A DNA stretch of 64,000 nucleotides from a virus (Duplodnaviria > Caudoviricetes): IMG/VR virus record IMGVR_UViG_3300013121_000033, positions 161,160 through 225,159 of that record; one strand, written 5' to 3'. Below are positions 59,233-64,000 of the stretch, piece after piece (position 1 is the first letter of the stretch; each line of letters starts with the position of its first letter). A model generated the notes under the pieces. That model was given only the letters and a program-made list of their open reading frames with translations, had not been told where the DNA came from and searched no databases. Both the position numbers and the translations under genes were made by a program.

Positions 59233-59700
59233 ATGAGCAACACTGTCACCGTCATTGGCAACTGCACGAGAGCGCCGGAGTTGCGTTTCACCCCGGCAGG
59301 GTCAGCGGTCGCGACGTTCGGGATCGCGGTCAACCGCCGGTGGAAGAACCGGCAGACCGACGAGTGGGAGGAAGCGGTGTCGTTCTTCGACGTCATCGCG
59401 TGGCGCGAGTTAGCCGAGAACATCGTCGAGTCGGTCGACAAGGGAACCCGGGTCATCGTGACCGGGCGCCTCGACCAGCGCACCTGGGAGACACAGAACG
59501 GCGAGAAGCGCTCCAAGGTCGAGGTCGTCGCGGACGAAGTCGGAGCCAGCCTCCGGTACGCAACCTGCACCGTCGTCCGCAACGAACGCCGCGACCCCCG
59601 AGACGACGGACGACAGGCCACCGCCACCCGACCAGCCGCCGCACCCGCTACCGCACCCGCCGCCGATCAAGGCTGGGAGTACGACGACGAACCCTTCTGA
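59233..59700 (+). CDS. ssb: Single-stranded DNA-binding protein
   Basis: VTVIGNCTRAPELRFTP.G..FFDVIAWRELAEN..KGTRVIV.GRL; acidic DDEPF tail. Confidence 0.95.
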   Translation: MSNTVTVIGNCTRAPELRFTPAGSAVATFGIAVNRRWKNRQTDEWEEAVSFFDVIAWRELAENIVESVDKGTRVIVTGRLDQRTWETQNGEKRSKVEVVADEVGASLRYATCTVVRNERRDPRDDGRQATATRPAAAPATAPAADQGWEYDDEPF

Positions 59701-61182
59701 GGGCTCACCCTCTACTTGAAGGTCACCGTGTTCCTGTCTTTCAAGTAGCGACCCCCACTCGGTGTGAAGGAAAGGTTGAGATAGATGGCGATGATGGTTG
59801 AAGTGGCGAACGTCGCAGTCGACGTGCAGTCGATCCGGGCAGTCAGGGTGGTGCCGGACTGGTTCATCGCGCCCGCCGTAAACCCACGGGTCACGGTCGA
59901 GGTTTTGTTCAACGACAGCGGTTGGGTGACGCTCGGCAACTACGCCGAGGACATAGCGAGGCAGGTCGCGCGGCGGCTCGTCGCCGAGAAGGAATGGCCG
60001 GTCGGTTCGGAGGTCGTGTGGGACGGCACCGCTGCGGGCGCCACTCGGATCATCGACATGGTGTTGAGCCTCGGGGAGCACCGCGACGACGGGCCGGTCG
60101 TGTCCTACGACGACAGCGGCGACCGGCCGAGACTCTGGGTCACGAACCCGGACGGCACCGAGTACATCGTGACAGCACGGAACGGGTTGATCCGCAAGTT
60201 CCCCGAAGTGTTCACCCGGCACCCGTAACACGGGTCTACCTTCCAGTTCCGCTAACCAGAGAGGACCCCACCCATGGGCAAGTATCGTGAGACGTTGACG
60301 TTCGATGTCGAGGCCGCCGAGTGGACCGGCCGCAACTCGGCTGAGGTCGCCGCAGTCGTCGGCGGTTCGGTGACCGTCGCGCCCGACGGCACCTTGACGT
60401 TCACCGACCGCTCCGACCCGGCGGCGGTTGATGTCGAGGTGAAGCAGGGAGATGTCGTCGTCCGCTACCTGACCGGCCAGGCCAGGATCAAGGTGATCTC
60501 CAAGGACGAGTTCCACCGGGCGTTCACGAAGGTGAAGCAGCCGAAGGCGGGGTCCGACGTGAAGGCGGCGACGGCGACGTGACTACCGACCCGGGCGCGC
60601 AGCCAACACGGGTGCGGCGCATCCCGAAGATCGGTCACCACGACCACCGGGACCCGCGGTACTGGTGGGCGTGCGACCACCCCGACCGTCCAGCGGACGA
60701 ATGGGTGCACTGGAAGTACGCGTGCCCGGACTGCCGCGCTCACATGGCGAGAGTTCTCGTCACCCAAGGCGACGGTCCCGTCGGCGAATCCGAGGAGAAC
60801 CCTGAGGGGACGCTGCTCGCCCTGTGCGCGATCGTCGCGGCCCACTGGAACGACGACTACCTGTTCCGGGCGATCCAACATGCGCGCCTCGCGCAGAACC
60901 ATCCGAGGGACCAGTGATTCGCCCGACCTCACCTCCGGGGACGACGGCGGCACGTCGCGGTGCCGCCGTCCGGTTCGTCGAAGAGATCGTCGCCGCGGGC
61001 GAGCGGGGCACCTGGTTCGAGTGGGATGGGCCGGTGAACCGCAACGTCGTCACGCGCCGCGCTGAACAGGTCGCAGCGGCAGCGGGAGTCGAGTTGGTCG
61101 TCGAGCTATGCCCCGTCACCCCCGGGGCCGCGGAGACGCACTACAGGTTGAAGGGGCGGCTCAAGATCATGGAGACGAGGGA

Positions 61183-62247
61183 GTGAAGTTCGTTGTCGAC
61201 CGCGGGGAACTGGCCCGAGCCGTTGAGGTGACCGCCCGTTCCGACAGCATCCCGCTGTACGCGGCGACCGCCCCCGATGGCGTCATGCTGATCGGCGACG
61301 ACGACGTCACCCGAGTCTCGACCCGTGTCGCGTGCCATGTCGATGGTGACACCGGTCGGGTGCAACGACTCTCAGCGATGCGGTTCCCTATCGTGTGCCG
61401 CCACCTCCCGAAGGGTGACGTCACGGTGGACGTCACCGACCATGCGTGGACATTGACCGTCGACGGCGTCACGACTGTGCGGGTCCCGACACGGCCGCCT
61501 GACGGGTTCGCTGCACTCCCGCCGTTGCCGCTGGTCGGGGTCATCGGCCGTGACTTCACGAACGCGGTCAAACGGGTCCGGGTAGCGGCCGCACCGTTCC
61601 CGCCGCTCGCAGTTGTCCGCCTCGAAACGTCAGGGGACCGGCTACGTCTCGTCGCCACGGACCGGTACCGTCTCCACGCTGCGGAGGTCCGCTGCGAATC
61701 CCTCAACCTTGACAGCACACCGCTCATCCCGGCGGCGTCGGCGGGTGCTGCGATGTCGGCGTTGACCAGTGGGCTACCGATCGACTTCCGCGCAGACGAC
61801 ACCCAAGTCGAGTTCTCTGACGGGACCACCACAGTCCGTGCCCGCCTCTCCCACGAGCCGTTCCCCGACTTCTCGCCGCTGCTTCGCGTCGACCCCGAAG
61901 TCGCGGCGTTCCTTTCCCCGAAGGCGTTGCTCGCCGCGGTCACGAACGCGTCGCGCATCCTCGGTGAGAACGACCGGTGCTTCCTCACGTTCCGGCCAGA
62001 GTCGGCCCTCATCGACGTCGAAGCTCTGGCGACAAGCACCGACATGGAGTACCGGACGTCGGTCGAAGCCGAGTCGATCGAGGGCGTCGAGATGACCGTC
62101 GGTGTAGCGCCACGCCGCGTCATCGGTGCGTTGCAGTCCACACGCGCCACGCAAGTCGAGGTTGACTTGCACGGCGAGTTCGGGCGGATCGTCTTCCGTA
62201 ACCCACGCGCTCGGGTTCCGTTTGCTGTAGTCATGCCGGTCCGCTGA
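61183..62247 (+). CDS. dnaN: DNA polymerase III beta sliding clamp (divergent)
   Basis: MKFVVDRGEL..LVATDRYRL..RL..FPDF..VVMPVR; 354 aa. Confidence 0.85.
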   Translation: MKFVVDRGELARAVEVTARSDSIPLYAATAPDGVMLIGDDDVTRVSTRVACHVDGDTGRVQRLSAMRFPIVCRHLPKGDVTVDVTDHAWTLTVDGVTTVRVPTRPPDGFAALPPLPLVGVIGRDFTNAVKRVRVAAAPFPPLAVVRLETSGDRLRLVATDRYRLHAAEVRCESLNLDSTPLIPAASAGAAMSALTSGLPIDFRADDTQVEFSDGTTTVRARLSHEPFPDFSPLLRVDPEVAAFLSPKALLAAVTNASRILGENDRCFLTFRPESALIDVEALATSTDMEYRTSVEAESIEGVEMTVGVAPRRVIGALQSTRATQVEVDLHGEFGRIVFRNPRARVPFAVVMPVR

Positions 62248-62254
62248 CAGCGAC

Positions 62255-62284
62255 GTTGCTTTGGCGACAACACTCGGGTAGTGT
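62255..62284 (+). promoter_or_regulatory. Divergent promoter cassette P16
   Basis: GTTG-N9-CAAC; TTGCTT-17-TAGTGT. Confidence 0.5.
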
Positions 62285-62329
62285 GTGTCGAAATCGTCCA
62301 TCGACAACGACAAAGCGGAGGTACCCCCC

Positions 62330-62734
62330 ATGGGGAAGGACAGCGGGCGCGCCATGAGCGACGCCCACAAGAAGGCCATGGCCGTCGGACGCGACCAGGG
62401 TCGAGCGGTGAAGGCGTACCTGACGGCGCTCGCCGAGCACAAGCCGAAGCGGGGCAGGAAGCGGACCCGCGAGTCGATCGAGAACCGGCTCGCCATGATC
62501 GCCGACCAGTACGACAGCGTCGACGCTTTCAAGCGGCTCGCGTTCGCTCAGGAACGGATCGACCTCGAAGCCGAGTTGGCGGCCATGGACGCCCCGGCGA
62601 CGTCGATCGCCGATCTCGAAGCGGAGTTCGTGAAGGTCGCGAAGGACTACTCGGCGTCCAAGGGGTTGACCCGGGCAGCGTGGCGGGAGGTTGGTGTCGA
62701 GCCACGCGTGCTCGACAAAGCAGGGATCAAGTGA
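62330..62734 (+). CDS. Basic helical protein, probable DNA/nucleoid-binding (Acidimicrobiia-type)
   Basis: HKKAMAVGR..YL.AL..KPKRGRKRT..QERIDL..FV.VAK.YS..KG..AWREVGV; GGAGG RBS. Confidence 0.7.
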   Translation: MGKDSGRAMSDAHKKAMAVGRDQGRAVKAYLTALAEHKPKRGRKRTRESIENRLAMIADQYDSVDAFKRLAFAQERIDLEAELAAMDAPATSIADLEAEFVKVAKDYSASKGLTRAAWREVGVEPRVLDKAGIK

Positions 62735-63169
62735 CCGGTCACACCGTCACGTTTGGTGGCGGTGCGTGGTCGATCGCTCATCCGCTCGCCTGCCGGGCTC
62801 GACAAGGCGGGCTGCTCGCCTGTCCCGTTCACTGGGCGGCATCCGACGACGACTGGACCGACCACGCCGACGGCACCTACGCCGTGTACGAGTCGGTCAA
62901 CGACGACGACGTGATCTCGTATTTCCTGCGACCCGTCGAACCAGCCGAGGCGCCAGCGTGGGTCGCTCAACTCCCCGTCGACGGCGACCCGCCGCAAGCG
63001 AACCACGACATCACCCGGTCGCCACGAGGGGACCAGCGGTGGGTCGAGGTCCGTGTCGGGTTCTGGGCTGACCCCGAAGCGTCCGACGACGCCCTGGTTG
63101 CCGACACGATCCGATACCTCGCCAGCCAGATGACAGAGGCGGACGAGGCCCATCAACCAAGGAGCACAC

Positions 63170-63508
63170 ATGGAACTCACCCCTGCTGAACTCGCCGACG
63201 TCATCCGCGGTGCCAATCCCTCCGTGCCGGTGCCGGATGCGTCGTCGGCGCTCGCTGAACTGGTCGGCCGCAACGTGTTCGTCCGCACCGTCACCCACCA
63301 CCACACCGGACGCCTCGCCGCTGTCGACGGCCAGTTCCTCACCCTGGACGACGCAGCGTGGATCGCGGACGACGGCCGCTTCCACGAGGCGCTGCGCGAC
63401 GGGAAGCTGAACGAGGTCGAACCGTTCCCCGGCCGTTGCTTCGTCGCAGTCGGCGCCGTCGTGGATGTGTGCGAGTGGCTGCATGACCTTCCTCGGAGCG
63501 TGAAGTGA
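63170..63508 (+). CDS. Small Sm/SH3-like phage protein
   Basis: VFVRTVTHHHTGRL..L.LDDAAWIADDGRF; AAGGAG RBS. Confidence 0.7.
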   Translation: MELTPAELADVIRGANPSVPVPDASSALAELVGRNVFVRTVTHHHTGRLAAVDGQFLTLDDAAWIADDGRFHEALRDGKLNEVEPFPGRCFVAVGAVVDVCEWLHDLPRSVK

Positions 63509-63735
63509 CTGCAACCGTGCTCCGCACGGGCTACGACCGGTCGTGGTCGTGGTCGCTGTCGTGGCCGGGGTCGCGGTCGCGGTCGGGGTCGCTGTCGGGG
63601 TCGTGGTCGCTGTCGGGGTCGGGGTCGGGGTCGGGGTCGCTGTCGTGGTCGCGGTCGCGGTCGCGGTCGCGGTCGTGGTCGCGGTCGTGGTCGCGGTCGC
63701 TGTCGTGGTCGCGGTCGCGGTCGGGTGCGTCGTGA
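63505..63735 (+). CDS. Ser-X dipeptide-repeat protein, copy 1
   Basis: MTATVLRTGYDR followed by SW/SR/SG/SL repeats. Confidence 0.55.
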   Translation: MTATVLRTGYDRSWSWSLSWPGSRSRSGSLSGSWSLSGSGSGSGSLSWSRSRSRSRSWSRSWSRSLSWSRSRSGAS

Positions 63736-63935
63736 CCGCAGCCGTGCTCCGCACGGGCTACGACCGGTCGTGGTCGTGGTCGCTGTCGTGGCCGGGGTCG
63801 CGGTCGCGGTCGCTGTCGGGGTCGCTGTCGGGGTCGCTGTCGGGGTCGCTGTCGGGGTCGTGGTCGCGGTCGTGGTCGTGGTCGCGGTCGCTGTCGTGGT
63901 CGCGGTCGCTGTCGCGGTCGGGGTCGCGGTCGTGA
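63732..63935 (+). CDS. Ser-X dipeptide-repeat protein, copy 2
   Basis: MTAAVLRTGYDR followed by SW/SR/SG/SL repeats; GTGA overlaps. Confidence 0.55.
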   Translation: MTAAVLRTGYDRSWSWSLSWPGSRSRSLSGSLSGSLSGSLSGSWSRSWSWSRSLSWSRSLSRSGSRS

Positions 63936-64000
63936 CGGCAGCGAAGGCCATCACCGTCCGCCAGCCGTGGGCGCAACTCATCGCCGAGGGCGTCAAGACG
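63932..64000 (+). CDS. ASCH domain protein, partial
   Basis: KAITVRQPWAQLIAEGVKT. Confidence 0.75.
   Translation, partial: MTAAKAITVRQPWAQLIAEGVKT

Larger units (their letters stand above)
63505..63935 (+). repeat. Tandem duplication containing TCG-NNG hexamer microsatellites
   Basis: Shared ~60-nt head (ccgtgctccgcacgggctacgaccggtcgtgg...) followed by variable hexamer arrays. Confidence 0.85.

Noticed and set aside
63540-63935. Match of hairpin segment cgcggtcgt (38.77 kb) to the Ser-repeat region as a guide target
   Set aside because: Low-complexity GC-rich 9-mer; the second segment has no adjacent match
1-64000. CRISPR array
   Set aside because: No regularly spaced 25-45 nt repeats; the repeated motif is dispersed and promoter-shaped, and the tandem repeats are coding microsatellites

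Overview
High-GC (about 70% by eye), gene-dense segment of what is most likely a large actinobacterial phage or phage-plasmid. A DUF3039 protein and a small basic protein near 62.3 kb resemble Acidimicrobiia-type genes from memory. No capsid, tail, integrase, rRNA or CRISPR array was recognised. Genes from 1 to ~53.3 kb are mostly short, overlapping minus-strand ORFs; from ~53.5 kb all are plus-strand (SSB, DnaN clamp, DUF1643, ASCH). The window holds 17 intact-looking tRNAs plus 3 broken ones in four clusters, three tRNA-associated HNH genes, an intein-containing Gp37/Gp68 (DUF5131) gene, an HD hydrolase, two tandem DUF262 genes, a cold-shock protein and a lytic transglycosylase. Four structures stand out. 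(1) A nuclease-less IS110/Nop-like (TasA-like) gene carries CC(A/G)-N9-CG-N4-CC(A/G)-N9-CG stem-loop, guide-like units inside its own coding sequence. (2) A promoter/operator cassette (GTTGACGTGACNNYAAC..TAGGGT..ATGGACAACGAC) occurs ~16 times and drives leaderless genes, eight of which begin MDND. (3) An oriC-like region has DnaA boxes and DnaA-trios. (4) Several tRNAs are non-canonical, including a Tyr-type long-arm body with a Lys anticodon. All family assignments are from motif recognition by eye; no searches were run.
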